NCBI GenBank assembly: GCA_013239625.1
Contig: MU054117.1
Span: 1,180,001 to 1,244,000, forward strand
Source: Lama guanicoe
Lineage: Eukaryota
Length of the DNA stretch: 64,000 bases
Direction of reading: 5' to 3'
The notes beneath the pieces are model-generated. The model had not been told where the DNA came from. It did not search any database and saw only the letters and a list, made by a program, of their open reading frames with translations. Positions 1 to 12,639 of the stretch are shown here, in pieces (position 1 is the first letter of the stretch; the number at the start of each line of letters is the position of its first letter). Position numbers and translations under genes: made by a program.

Positions 1-2312
1 CCTTCAGCAACGTTTGTCAAAATTCATAGAATTGCACATATGAGAAACGGCAAATTTACTAAGTGTAAACTATAGCTTAACAAATTTGACCTTTCAAAAA
101 CCTGACAATTACCATAAATGTGACCAGAACAATTGTTTCAATCTTCAGTTAAAAAATATATAAGTAGACTGTTTTGTCACGTCCCAAAAAGTACAAAGTC
201 AAGTTCTAAGATATTGAAAAAAAACAAAGAGTCGGTCGGAGGCAGACGCTGAACTTCCTCTGAGTTTCTTGAGTCTTAGGACTCCAAGTTCAAACGCATG
301 ATGTGGCCACCTCAAGAACAACAGACTTGCTTTTCAAGAACATGAAGTAGCTTAACTGCACTAAGCTGTCGCTCCACACCATCACGAAGCACCATTATGA
401 AAGAGCTGCATGTCACATGGCAGTTTAGAACTCAAAGCAGATTGAAAGAAATCTACACTTTCTCATTCAACATCAAATGCTCCAAATTTAAACCACATGA
501 GCTACAAATCAACCCCCTGAAAAGCAGGTGTACAAGCAAAAGGACCCTACTATTATATTGAAGTAAGTAAACACTTCTTAAAACTTATTTATAGTCCATA
601 AATTAACTACATTTCTAATTTTTGCTAAAAAAAAAAAATATAAAGGCAGTTTCAAGCACCATAAGGTAAAAAAACGAAGCTTTTCATTTAACAAATATTT
701 ATGTATAGTTTCTGTGTTGGGCACCCTTCTAGGGACTGATGATAGCTCAGCAATGAACTCATCAATATAAACATGTATTTCTAATATAAACACAATAATC
801 TAATAATAAAGCTTACACAGTCAAATTAGTTCCCTAGTACCTTCAGAGACTAAGTGAAATTTTAACCAAACTCGGACCTATCTCCTGAGCAATATAACCT
901 AAGCAGGGTCAACCACTAAAATGAAGGCATGTATTTTAAGGGATAAAAAGTCAATATTCCTTCAAATTCAGGCAGCCTAGAAAATGAAAAAGTGACTCAG
1001 AAAAATTTTAAAGACTTTAAGCAGTTCAAAAACTCCAAAGTGAACAACTACAAGAAAACAATGCTTTTCTTTCCATTCAAGTATTTATCAACTTAGGACA
1101 GTAAAAAAAATCCCAAGTCTTACAACCACCGGCTAGGCAGATGATCACCAAGTTGACTGGTCTCAAATTAAAATTTTACCTTATTTTCCAGTAGCAGGGC
1201 TTATGTTTAAGTAATTGTACCCATATTTAGAATGCTATCACCTCATCAGCTCATGCTGCCTGCTTACTTAAGGTCTGCTTACTGCATTTGGTTAGGAGCA
1301 CTTTCTCCATCTATCCTCTATTAAGAAAGAGACTTCTAGCCTTCTCCCATTTGGCAGACAATCAAGTAAGTTCACCACTTACACTAGCTAGGTGAATACA
1401 ATTTGTAGCAAAAGCACATACGCAAATAATGAAAAAGGTTACAAGAAAAACTGCTGAGACATTAAAGAAAATTATTCTTTAGGAAGCAAAGACTTGATAA
1501 ATATCAACAGCGTCCAGTACTGCGTTTGGCCAAGCGAGATTCATCTTTTAGATGTATCGACCCCGTAACATTTAGAAGTACTGAAAGTGTTAAGAAAAAA
1601 TTTTAAAGTAGAGTAATATTCTAAACTTGAATTTTCAAAGTTGTTCTGAAATGTAGTTCTAATATAACTGTAATATTTTTATTCATAGCTTTTTCGTCAG
1701 GAATGCCACATTAGGAAGAATCAAAGTTTAAACCTAAACATATTAACATCCCATACACAATGACTAACAGCAGTAATAGTATTAATTCTTTCCCATGCCA
1801 AACTGAAACAGCTCCAGTCACCTGTCACATTAACAGCTATAAACATTCTTCGTTTATCTTTAGTTTTCGTAAATTCAAAGAATGATGCAAAGGGCAATAA
1901 GCCAAACATCAATGTCATCCCACTTTAACTGACACATGCCATCAACCACCATAGCCAACATGACACAAGTACACAGTCAAGTCCAATTCTCCTCACTGCC
2001 GCACAAGAGAAAACGGTGAGTACACAGATCAACTTCTGGGCAGGCTGAGCAGAAACCAAGAGCACAGTCTGAAAGAGGACATCTGTGCTTAGGGACAGGT
2101 ATCGGGCTTGGCTAGGAAACGGTAAATCATCTGACGATACACAAAGTAAAACAGACATGCTGGTAGGTCAAAATATACTCAATAAAAACAAGATTCTTTC
2201 TATTTATACTAGTCAAGTGGTTTCCACTGTCTTCTACCTAAAAAGATACATTGAATATTTAGCATTATTTTTAACATTTTAAACTTCTCAACTCTACATG
2301 TCTTTCCACAAC

Positions 2313-2859
2313 TATAAGCAGATAGGGCAGGAGACCCCAGGAGAAAGAGAACCAGGCATGGCTTTCTTGACAGAAGAGAAGTCATTTTTAGCCTAAGCCA
2401 TTTTGTGATCTGAGTCTGGCTACAGTGCTAGCCCTGGAACAAGTTTCAGTAATCAGTGATCTCTTACCAGGCGAGAGAAGTAAAAATAGCGAAGATAACG
2501 TATCAGTTGTAGACTCTCCCAGTTCTCTTTCGAAGGTAAAGGTTAGCCTGAAGCACTCAAAACACCAGATCAACTGGAACCTAAGGGATGGTGATGCTGG
2601 CCTTCTCTGACCCTGGTGACTTCAGTCAACTAAAGTGTGGACTCTGTGGACAACCCAAGCCCCTTCATGGACATGTAGGCACCCTTAGCTTAAAACTTCC
2701 CCAGTTTTACTATGGGGTTGACACTGCTCTGGAAAAGATGCCCTGTGTTCTCCTTACGTGCTGCAAGTTACGTTAACAACTCCTCCTCTCAATCTTTGGC
2801 TTAACTGTGTCTTTTGGCTCAACACCTACCAAGAGGTGAAGCCAGCTGTTCGAGTAACA
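2313..2859 (+). mobile_element. Solo ERV1-type LTR
   Basis: About 547 bp ending ...GAGTAACA; 4-bp TSD CAAC at 2309-2312 and 2860-2863; the 5' end reads TA instead of TG. Confidence 0.75.
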
Positions 2860-3984
2860 CAACTATCCCGTCTCATTTGCTGGACAATCTCTACAGTAAT
2901 CTCTGTGTATTCATTATTGTGCATTTTCCCATTAAATTCAAATGTACTTTAATGCTTCAAATTTAGAGTCGTCCAAACTTGTAACCCATCAGAGATAATT
3001 TTTTCTTACTCTATATGGTTTTTCCTCCAGAAATTTAGATGAGAATAAATTAAATTCCATCTGACTACTTATTAAAGAATTTCTGCATGCTCAACATCCA
3101 ATCAATTTTAATTCTACACACTAGCAACAACTGAAAAGAAAACAGAAATATTCCCTCATTTACTGCAGCCCTTAAAAATTAGGAGCAAGTCTAACGAATA
3201 CACCCAACATTTCTATGCTGAAAACTACAAAACACTGCTGAAAGAAATTAAAGAACATCTAAATAAACATAAAGATATACCATTTTATTGGAATGGAAGA
3301 CTCAATATTGTTAAGGTGGCAATTCTTCCCCAAAAGATCTATATACTCAATATAATGTCAAAAATTCCAGCAGGCTTTTCGGTGGAAACTGACACCAATA
3401 CTAAAATTTACGAAAATGCAAAGGATCTAGAATAACCAAAACTTACAACAGAGCTACAGTAATCAAGGAAGTATAGTACTGGCATTAGTACTGGAGTAAG
3501 GACAGACAGACATCAATGTAACAGTACAGAAAAAGATTCTCATTCATTCATGGACAGTTTATCTTCAACAAAGGTGCCAAGGTAATTCAATGAGTAAAGA
3601 ATAGTCTAGAACAACTGGATAGCCATACGGGGAGAGGGGGGGCTGTACCACAAAATAAAATTGAAACAAATCATAGACCTAAGTATAACATCTAAGACTA
3701 TAGGTCTTCCAAAAGGAAACACGGCGGCAAATCTTCACTGCTTTGGAGTAAATAAATAGTTCATAGGATACAAAAAAGCACTAACCATAAGAAAAAAGTG
3801 ATAAAATCAGCTCATTAAAAAATTCAAATATCTGCTCTTAAAAGGTTCTGTTAAAAAAATGAAAGACAAGTCACAGAATAAAAGAATATATTCAAAACAC
3901 ACACACCTGACAAAGTACTTGTACTCAGAATATAAAGAACTTTTGCAACTCAATAAAAGGAAAAACAATTTTTTAAATAAATGT

Positions 3985-4105
3985 AAAGGGGGTGTCAGGG
4001 TAAAGCTCAGGGGTAGAGCACATGCTTAGCATGCACAAGGTCCTGGGTTCAGTCCCTAGTACCTCCATTAAAAAAATATAAACTTAACTGCCCTCTCCTA
4101 AAAAA
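3985..4105 (+). mobile_element. tRNA-Ala-derived SINE (Vic-1-like)
   Basis: agctcaggggtagagcacatgcttagcatgcacaaggtcctgggttcagtccctagtacctcc + A-rich tail. Confidence 0.85.
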
Positions 4106-4293
4106 CAACCACCAGATACCACTTCAGTGAAAGAATGGCTACTTAAGAACACAACTAGGTCTCAGTATTCATGAGACCTAGTACACTGCTGATGGGAGAA
4201 TAGCCCGATAAAAATACTATGAAATATTTTTAACAAAAAAACTGCCAAACACACACCACACAACTAAATTATGCTACTCCTAAGAATTTACCC

Positions 4294-4360
4294 GGGAACA
4301 TTATACTGTACACCAGAGACTGACACATTGTAACTGACTATACTTCAATTGAAAAAAAAA
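4294..4360 (+). mobile_element. Severely 5'-truncated L1 3' tail
   Basis: ctgtacaccagagactgacacattgtaactgactatacttcaat + poly(A); TSD aagaatttaccc (4282-4293) / aaggatttaccc (4361-4372). Confidence 0.85.
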
Positions 4361-7300
4361 AAGGATTTACCCAAGAGAAATAAAAACATCATGTCCAAAA
4401 GGCTTGTACATGAATGTTCGTAGCAGTTTTAATTATAATAGCCAAAAACTGGAAACCCAAATATCAAGGTAAATGAATTAACAAACTGCAGTGCAGCAAT
4501 ACTATGATGAATACCACCCCACAATTAAAAAAGGAACAAACTACCGGCACACAGCAACACAGCTGAATCTCAAAAGCGTCCTAACGCTGTGGGGGGGGGG
4601 GCACAGCTCAAAGAGTAGAGCGTAAATCCAGTGCCTCCTCTATAAATAAATAAATAAGCCTAATCACCCCCTTAAAAAAAAACTACGCTGAGTGAAAGAA
4701 GCCAGACACTAAAGAATACGTATGATTCCACTTACACAAAACTCTAAGAGACAAAATTAATCCACGCAGATCAGAGGTTTCCTTGGGCCAGATGTGGGTG
4801 GTTGGGGTGAGTGGACTACCTGCAAAGGGGCGCGAGGGAGACGACAGAAATTCTACATTTTGACCTGGGTGATGATTATCTGGGTATGTAAACTGTCAAG
4901 ACTCATCTAACTGAATACTTAAAGTGAGTATATTTTATTGTGTGTAACTCATACTTCAGTAAAGTTCATTTTAAATGCTAAAACAATCGACACCGTTGAA
5001 GTTCATGTACGTAAGTGTAGATTACTAGGGAACGCACAGGTCTGTACAAGCTAAGCAACACAACATCATCTTACCAAGTAACATTAACTTCCTAAAGAGT
5101 CTTCCTTCAGTAAACATTCCCTAATTGTGATTCCCTCAAAGCGAAGTTAAACACAAACTAATTCATAACCATTCTGGCTTCTACAACCAAAAGCCTTCTC
5201 AAGTCCTACTTGAGAAGCACAGCACTGCCTATCACTACAAAATGTAGACGCTAACTTAGAGGCTATCAGGTGCCAGGTGAGGCGAGCTTTCATATACACT
5301 CTCATTTAACCCTGCCTGTTACACAGTGTTCCCCACTTACAAACGAGAGGGCTGAGGGTGAGACTGTTCAAGACTACACAGGTTACAAAACAGACAAGCA
5401 GAACCGCCCAGGTTAGGCCCTCCCCATCACACAACACTGCCTCCCACAGAGCTAAGTGGTTCCATTCTTCCTGGCCATGGTGCTATCTCATTAAAGGCAG
5501 GTGAACTGTTGCTTAATACTTACTGGAACCAATTCTGTACCAGGCTAAGTAGCTGGCCTTTTACCCATCATCTCATTTACTCCTCTAGCATCTTTATGAA
5601 ATGGGGTCCCATTTTATGGATGAAGAAACTCAGACTAAAGGAGATCAAGTCACAATGTTGTCACAATCAAGTCACGTCAGGGACAGAAACTTAAATTCAA
5701 ATCTGTATCTGTCTACCTCCAAAGACCATGCCTTACCACTGTCCTACAGGGCTTCACTAAAGACACAAATAGCACATTACAGCCACTGGTCATAGTAAGT
5801 TTGAAGTGAAGTTCTCTGGTGTAAATATAAGAAATTTCAGCCAATATTGGCTTGAAACTTTAATGTATCATTTTCACCTTTTTTAATCTGGGCCTCTAGC
5901 AAAAAAAAGGGGGGAGCGGAGCTTTTATGTAATGCCCAATTTAAACAGTTCCTTAAAGTTTGTCAAGGGAAGATTTATCCCTGGAAAACTGGTCTTGTTC
6001 CTCCTTCCAGTTCAATATTACATATTTTACCATATTCCCATTTTTAACTCTGCTGCCAAGCAAATTCAAATCCAAATTTTACTCTTAGTCATTCAGTTAT
6101 GTTGCCACCTGGGAACAGAATATATGCTTCCTCCTTTTCCTCATTTTTCTTTTATATATATTTATATATATATATATAAAATTATACTTCTCAATCTTTT
6201 AAGTTACAGAAATTCTTTCTGAAATAAAATAAAATATAAATAAATTCCAAGAAAATAAAAATAACCCTTCTGTTCCACCACACCAAGGCGTCTGCACTGC
6301 CACCACTCTTCCCTGACCAAAGGAATGAGTGGGCAGTTACAACTAGGCATACATGTGCGCTAAACTAAAATTTCAGAACCTATACGATTAAGGTAAATAT
6401 GCTACCAGAGAAAAACAACAGTTAGTATACCTAATATACTAACCAAAAAATGCCTACAAAAGAAAATGAGAAAATGCAAAGTTGGCCAAAATTCAACAAT
6501 TAATTTTGTGTTTTCACACTCATTATACTTTGTATGCTTTGTTTTCTAGCACATGGATGTTGTGGAAAATAGAGAAGCGCAATAAGAATATGTGACATTA
6601 TAAGTCAGATATGAAGAAAACTTTATATACTTGTTGTGAACTTTTGTTAAAACACATGAAATGTGCTTTCCCACAGGTGTTTTCGCCAGGCCTGAAGATA
6701 TCCTGGCAGTTTCATGAACGTAGCTGCCCGCCTCGAGTCTGGACACCGACAACATCTAACTCAGCCAAGCGCAGGACCTCGCCAGCACACACCCCTGACA
6801 CATGGTATGTATGCCCCAACAGAAAATGCAAAGCCATGGGCTACAGAAACGAATCCCCTAATCAATCCATTTCTTAACTTCCAGAACTGAAGACCAAATC
6901 ACTCAGCAAATAGGGCAGGTTAGTCACTGCTAACAAACAGGTCCTGAGATAGTCTTGTCTCATTTTAGAAATAAAGGATAACACAGAGAACACACACCAA
7001 GATGACAATTTCATGCTGCAATTTTTCCAATTTACATCTCAAAAAGACTTTGAAAAGGTTATTCTTAACAAAGTCAAAGCGCTTCACTAAGCAGTAGGTC
7101 CGAAAGAACACAATCCAACTTAGGTTTTAGAAAGAACATTTATTTGCTCGCCACCAGAACTGCTACAGACATGAAGAAAGCTGTGCACTCCCTACCCTCA
7201 GGAAACAGTCCTCTAGGCAGTCACCCGGATTCTTTCCACAGGGGTGGCAAAAATCACACTGCCTTCAAGGCCCAGGTAGGGAATCTAAATATGTGAGTGG

Positions 7301-8043
7301 CTCTATCTAATGGAGTAAGGACTAGAAAGAATAACTATAGAATTTACGTCCTACCTAAAGAGCAATTCTAAACCAACTTCAAAAGAAGGCTATCCAAAAA
7401 CGCAAGAAATGTTTAACTGTTAATCAGGTAAAGATTGGGAAAAAAAAGAAAAGCTCACAATGGCATGGAGAAGCTAGACCTCCACATTTCTGGTGAGAGC
7501 TTATACTGCAGTGACCTTTCTGGATGGCAGTCTGGTAACATACACACATCAAAATGAAAAACATGCATCTCCTCCCACCCAGTGATTAATTAGACTCTTA
7601 GAAAGTTACCCCAAAGAGTCATCAATGGGCAACAACTGTACATACAACGCACATGTACAATATACAATAAATTTAAGCAATCTTAATATCCAGCAATAGG
7701 AATACCACTAAATTACGGTGCGCAAAGTCGATAAAAGAAGAAGAAACTATTAAAAGAACAGAGTGGATGCAAATGTATTGACCTGGAAAGCCACCCGTGA
7801 ATGCTGATTCTTACAGCACACAACTATGAGCCAAGATGGCGCCATCTGCCACGTTCCCAAGTGCTATTTCTGGTTATACCTGGAAGCAAGATTCCAAGCC
7901 ACAGCCTGAGAAGGGCTGGCTGGTGTCAGTGGTGCGGGTCTTCTGAGAACTGCTCATTGAGAGCCAGCTGCACCCAACATGTCCAGTAGAAATAAACACT
8001 AGCTGTCCAGCAGCGTGCAGCAGTTACAGAATAAAGTGGACCC

Positions 8044-8156
8044 GGGGTGGGGAGGGGGCACGGGTAAGAGCTCAGTGGTAGAGTGCATGTCTAACATGCA
8101 AGAGGTCCTGGATTCAATCCCCAGTACCTCCACTAAAAAAAAGAATTAAAAAAATT
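8044..8156 (+). mobile_element. tRNA-Ala-derived SINE inserted in the SDAD1 pseudogene
   Basis: A and B boxes; perfect 10-bp TSD aagtggaccc (8034-8043 / 8157-8166). Confidence 0.92.
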
Positions 8157-9601
8157 AAGTGGACCCTCTGGCCTACACCGAGGAGTTTCCACAAAAGTAG
8201 AACATTCACCACAAATCCAATGTGGAGATTTTCAAATTGCAACCAAATAACCCAGCAAGGAACTGGCAAAGCTGATGATGTCTGCGGCACAGACTGGTCA
8301 TGGCCACCCAGAACATCTAGATAACTTTCCTCAAGAACTGAAAGATCTGTTCTCCCACAGTTTCACCATCTTGAGTGCAAAGCTTCCAATAACATCTTCA
8401 GATGCTTCGATCTCATTGAGAAGAGGCTTCTTCAATCAAGGCCGCTAGAGCTCTCCTTTGAACCTTTACACTGCCATATAAGCTTCTAAGACTTGATGTA
8501 CTCATTTTGTGGCTGATGAGAATAAAAGTACAAAAAAACAAGAATAAACTGAACACAGTATTGCAGACCTTCAGACACATGTTAAGGGATAGCAAAGAAA
8601 CTGCAGCCAAGATATCGTTGGAAGTGATGACTGAGCGCTGTAGAAGAAACACCTGAACTGATGCCAAGGCTGTCGATGATACCTCGACTGCATGCTTCTC
8701 TGAGGTCACCAAAGTGCTAGCTGCTGCCCTGACATTCTTCCAAGGAAAGAGAAAACAAGCGGAACGGCTCAGGGACCCAGAACGCTGATGAGTGCACCAC
8801 GGCGCAGGGGCTCCAGACACACGAAGGCTATGGAAGTACTGCAGAAGCAAAAGCAGAAAAAAGTCAGAAGTGTGTCACTTCCCAGCTATCCATTTGATTC
8901 ATGAGCCCCAGGATTTCAGAAGAACTACTAAAGCAGCTGAAGAGCTATAAAGGAGACATCTGAGGTAAGGATGGTACTCATGAACCTTGTCTCCAGATTG
9001 GCAGGAATGCATGAAGCTATTTCTCCCTAACTTCTAGCCCCTGGTGCAAAGGTTTCCGCAGCAGCACCAAAAATAAGTAACAAGATCATTCCGCTGCACT
9101 GTGCACATTTCACACCACCTGGCAGTCCCAGAGACCATTCAGTCATTGCTCATGACCACGGCCACCCATTTTGTTACAACAAGAACTCTGGGGAAGTCAT
9201 GACAGTAGGAAGCAATACTCTGGAAGAGACAAAAAGCTCGATGACTGACAAACTTCCTCAAAACCTTGCCCAGTAAAACACACAAAGAATGGGATGATGT
9301 GAGGAATTCCAGGGTAATACCACAGAGGCTTCAATAAAATCAAGGGTGTAAGAGTATGAAGAATTAGATGCCAAACACTGCATTCCAGGAACAGACGTTC
9401 TGGAAGGTGAGGAAGAGAATGCTGAGAACGATTAAAAATGAAAAACAAAAAAACATGTGAGGCAATAACAGCCGTAGTGAGGAGGCAGCTGTCGGTAAGC
9501 GGGTTGACATGCACCACTCTTCTGATGAAGAACAGTAAGAAGTCTCCAAGAAGCTGAAGGCTTCCTGGAGGAGCCAGAATGTCCAGTCAAAAAATGTTTC
9601 A

Positions 9602-10080
9602 CTTCAAAGACATTATTACTAAATGAAAGAGGCCAGTCTGAAAAAGTTACAAACTGTATGATTCCAACCAAATGACATTCTGGAAAAGGCAAAGCTACAG
9701 AAACAATAAAAAGATCATGGTTTCCAGGGGTTTGGGGGGAGGGAGGAAAAGATGGAGCACAAGGGATTTTTAGGGTAATGAAATTATTCTATATAATACT
9801 ATAGTGGTGACTACATGTCATTATACAGTTGTCAAAACCCATAGAATGTACAACATCAAGAGTGAACCCTAATGTAAACCATGGACTTTGGTTGATAATC
9901 ATGTGTCCATGTTGGTTCATAGACTGTAACAAACATGCCACACTGATAAAGGATGTTGAGGGTAGGGGAGTGTATATGTGTAGGTGGGGAGGGCTATATG
10001 CAAAACTCTCTGTATTTTCTGCTCAATTCTGCTGTGAACTTGAAACTGCTCTAAAAAATAAAGTCTATTAAAAATAATAA
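9602..10080 (+). mobile_element. L1MC-like 3' end inserted in the SDAD1 pseudogene
   Basis: gtcaaaacccatagaatgtacaaca...gtgaaccctaatgtaaac; AATAAA and A-tail; flanked by aaaaaatgtttca / aataagtgtttca. Confidence 0.85.
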
Positions 10081-10091
10081 TAAGTGTTTCA

Positions 10092-10182
10092 TGGGTGGAA
10101 GATATAGCTCAGTGGTAGAGGGCACGCTAGGCGGGCACAAGGTCCTAGGTTCACTGTCGCAAGTGCCTCCGTTAGAGGGGAA
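10092..10182 (+). mobile_element. tRNA-Ala-derived SINE
   Basis: tatagctcagtggtagag...ggtcctaggttc; flanked by aagtgtttc / aggtgttc. Confidence 0.85.
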
Positions 10183-10667
10183 AAGGTGTTCTTCAGAGAA
10201 AAGCACTGGTGCTACAAGATAAACTTCTGAAAAAAAGAAAAATAACTAAGAAACTTCCAAGCAAGTCTTCCATTCCAAAAAAAATGCTAAATTTGTGTCA
10301 TTAATCTGAATGTTAGTGAATTAAGACTGTTTATTTGCATTAAAAAGTCCAGAAGCACTGTATTTTTAAAACCACCCCAAAAAAGCACACTGCTGAACAA
10401 TGATCGGTTTGATCCCACTTTAAAAGCTCTGCAACGACAAAAAAAAAAAAGCCCTAACATGTAGATTTTAATTTGCAATGTAAAAATATTGGTTTAGCAA
10501 TTGTAACAAATATGCCATGTAATGCAAGGTATTATTAATAAGGGAAAATGAAGGGTGGGTTAGATATGGGAACTTTCTGTACTAACCACACAAATTTCTG
10601 TAAATCTAAAACTGCTGTAAAAAATAAAGTCTATCAATTTTTTTAAAAAACCTGCATGTGTAGACAG

Positions 10668-10715
10668 ATTTGCAAATAAACATTTATTTTGCAAATAAAC
10701 ATTTGCAAATAAACA
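10668..10715. repeat. Three copies of tttgcaaataaaca
   Basis: Directly visible. Confidence 0.9.
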
Positions 10716-10859
10716 AAGAGAGCGAGAAAGCTGTATTTCCAACTATTATCAGTGTTTTTTTCCTACAGAGTGAGGCTGGGAAGAGCACAGGAAGAAATTT
10801 TACATTATATACCTCAGGACAGCCTAAGAACTTTCCACACTGAGCTGCACTCTAAGAGG

Positions 10860-11100
10860 CTCTGTAGCACACTGAGAGCCTAAGTCCTGGAACCATCCTG
10901 CATGGATTCTAATTCCAGCCCCGCCATTACCTAGCCGACAAACTTGGGCAGTTAATCTCTCTGTGCCTCAGTTTTCTCATGTGCAACTAGGGATAATGGT
11001 ATGGTTACTCCTGGAGCTGCTGCAGGTATTAAATGACTTTACTACATGTAAAGGACTAGAAAGCTACCTAGGACGTAGTAAGCGATCAATAAGTAATGCT
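10860..11100 (+). mobile_element. MIR SINE
   Basis: MIR core: cttgggcagttaatctctctgtgcctcagttttctcatgtgcaa. Confidence 0.75.
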
Positions 11101-11461
11101 CATCACCGCTACCACCACCAAGCATCTATTATCCCTATAATCTTTTTTTAATGTTGACTGTAAGACAAATCAAGAAAACCTGGTTCATCAAGCCCCTTTC
11201 TAGTGAGATCTTCAATGCAAAAGTTACAATTTATTCAATAGCCAAATAAAAATAATCTGAGGGTTTTTAACAGATTACAAACCAAAACTTAGCAATATCA
11301 TCATCCCACTTACATAAAACAATCACTAACAGATTCTGTAAGGACAATCACGAAAACAAATGCCTCTAGGTGCTGTCATCCTGGACAATTTTTACTTTCT
11401 CTTTTACACTTTTCTAATTCATTTAAATTTTCTATACTGCCTCTGCGTCATTCTTAATAAA

Positions 11462-11690
11462 GTAAAGTCTGCAAACTTTTTCTATTAAAGGCCAGACAGT
11501 AAATATTTTAGGTTTTACAATCCATAGGGGTCTCCGTCCCAACTCCTCAACTCCACTGTTCACCACAAAAGCAACCACAGACAATATACAAACGAAAGCA
11601 TGTGTCTATGTCCCACTAAAAACAATTTACAAGAAAGAAACAAACAGGCAGCTGGCAGGGCGGGAAGCTATAAAGTTTGCCAACCCCTAA
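11462..11690. mobile_element. MER58-like hAT DNA transposon
   Basis: gcaaactttttctattaaaggccagacagtaaatattttagg ... agtttgccaacccct. Confidence 0.75.
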
Positions 11691-12639
11691 GAAACAAAAT
11701 TGTTTTCTTTTTGGAAAACAAAATGTGATTTATACCAAAGAAAGTACATCAGCCAAACCGACACTATAGATGGAGGGAAAAAAATCTATTATTTATGAAT
11801 AATGCAAGTCTAGGGACAGAAAAATACAAACCCTTATATACAGGCTGTGGAAATCCTCCTCTCATCTTTAGTGCCCCAGTAAGAGCAAATTTGCTTTTAA
11901 GGAGCCTAAAGTCTAGATAGGAGCATACACTGCTGTGTAGGCAATTATAAATAGAAGCCAGAAGAAATATGACTTTCATATTTAAACCAATCTGGAATTT
12001 CTTCAACTTTCATAACAATTCACCACCAAGTAGCTGCCACCAGCTATGTTTAAGTCCCAACTACTGATGAAATGATATTAGTTTCAGATCATCAGTCAGC
12101 ACTCTTGACAAATTTGTGGGAAGAGATGAAACCATCTATGGACAACTAACAGCATTAGAAGTGAAATTTCTATGAAGTAAAATTAATGAAAAATCAATGT
12201 ATGAAATTCTAACAGAATTAGGGTCAGAAAGTGGCGAGAGAAGGCATGCACGCGGCCTTTCATATGAGGACACTTCCAAATTCAAAACTGACAAAGTTTC
12301 TGATCTCCGTCCCCAAAATAAAGCTTTTGAGTTGGAAGAAATTATTTTTAACATTTCATTGGGAAGAGGTCAGATGACTTGAAATGTTTGTTATGACAGA
12401 TTTCTTGGCGTTTTCAATGGTTTCTCTGGAGAAGGGGGAAGGGCTATTTTGGGCAGAGACTTGGGAACAACCTAAGGCTGAGAAACTCAGAATCTAAATA
12501 TAAGGACATTAAAAGACCATTTAACCAAAAAAAAAAAAAAAGTGCCTGCAACCTGCAACGAAGTCAGCACAAGCGCAGCTGGACATCTGACTCCTCCTGC
12601 TGAGCGACCTCACAAGTTGTCAAAGCCCAGAGGCGGACG

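Larger units (their letters stand above)
3200..4975 (+). mobile_element. Old L1 (L1M-type) ORF2 3' part and 3' UTR, with nested younger insertions
   Basis: Typical L1 ORF2 text (gaaaactacaaaacactgctgaaagaaattaaagaa, tggaagactcaatattgttaag) and 3' UTR (gaaagaagccagacac...). Confidence 0.85.
7830..10450 (+). pseudogene. SDAD1: Processed (intronless) SDAD1 pseudogene, with stops and frameshifts, internally deleted and interrupted by TEs
   Basis: Hand translation: MSSRNKH* from ATG 7979; NTVLQTFRHMLRDSKETAAKISLEVMTE (about 8552); AIHLIHEPQDF (8885); EVRMVLMNLVSRLAGMHE (about 8962); [11 protein letters not shown] (9178); SQNVQSK (9572); FREK..LQDKLLKKRK (10191-10241). These match SDAD1 ([61 protein letters not shown]) colinearly with no introns. 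A-run at 10438-10451. Outer ends approximate. Confidence 0.93.

Noticed and set aside
8413..8850. 145-aa minus-strand ORF
   Set aside because: Antisense shadow of the SDAD1 pseudogene.
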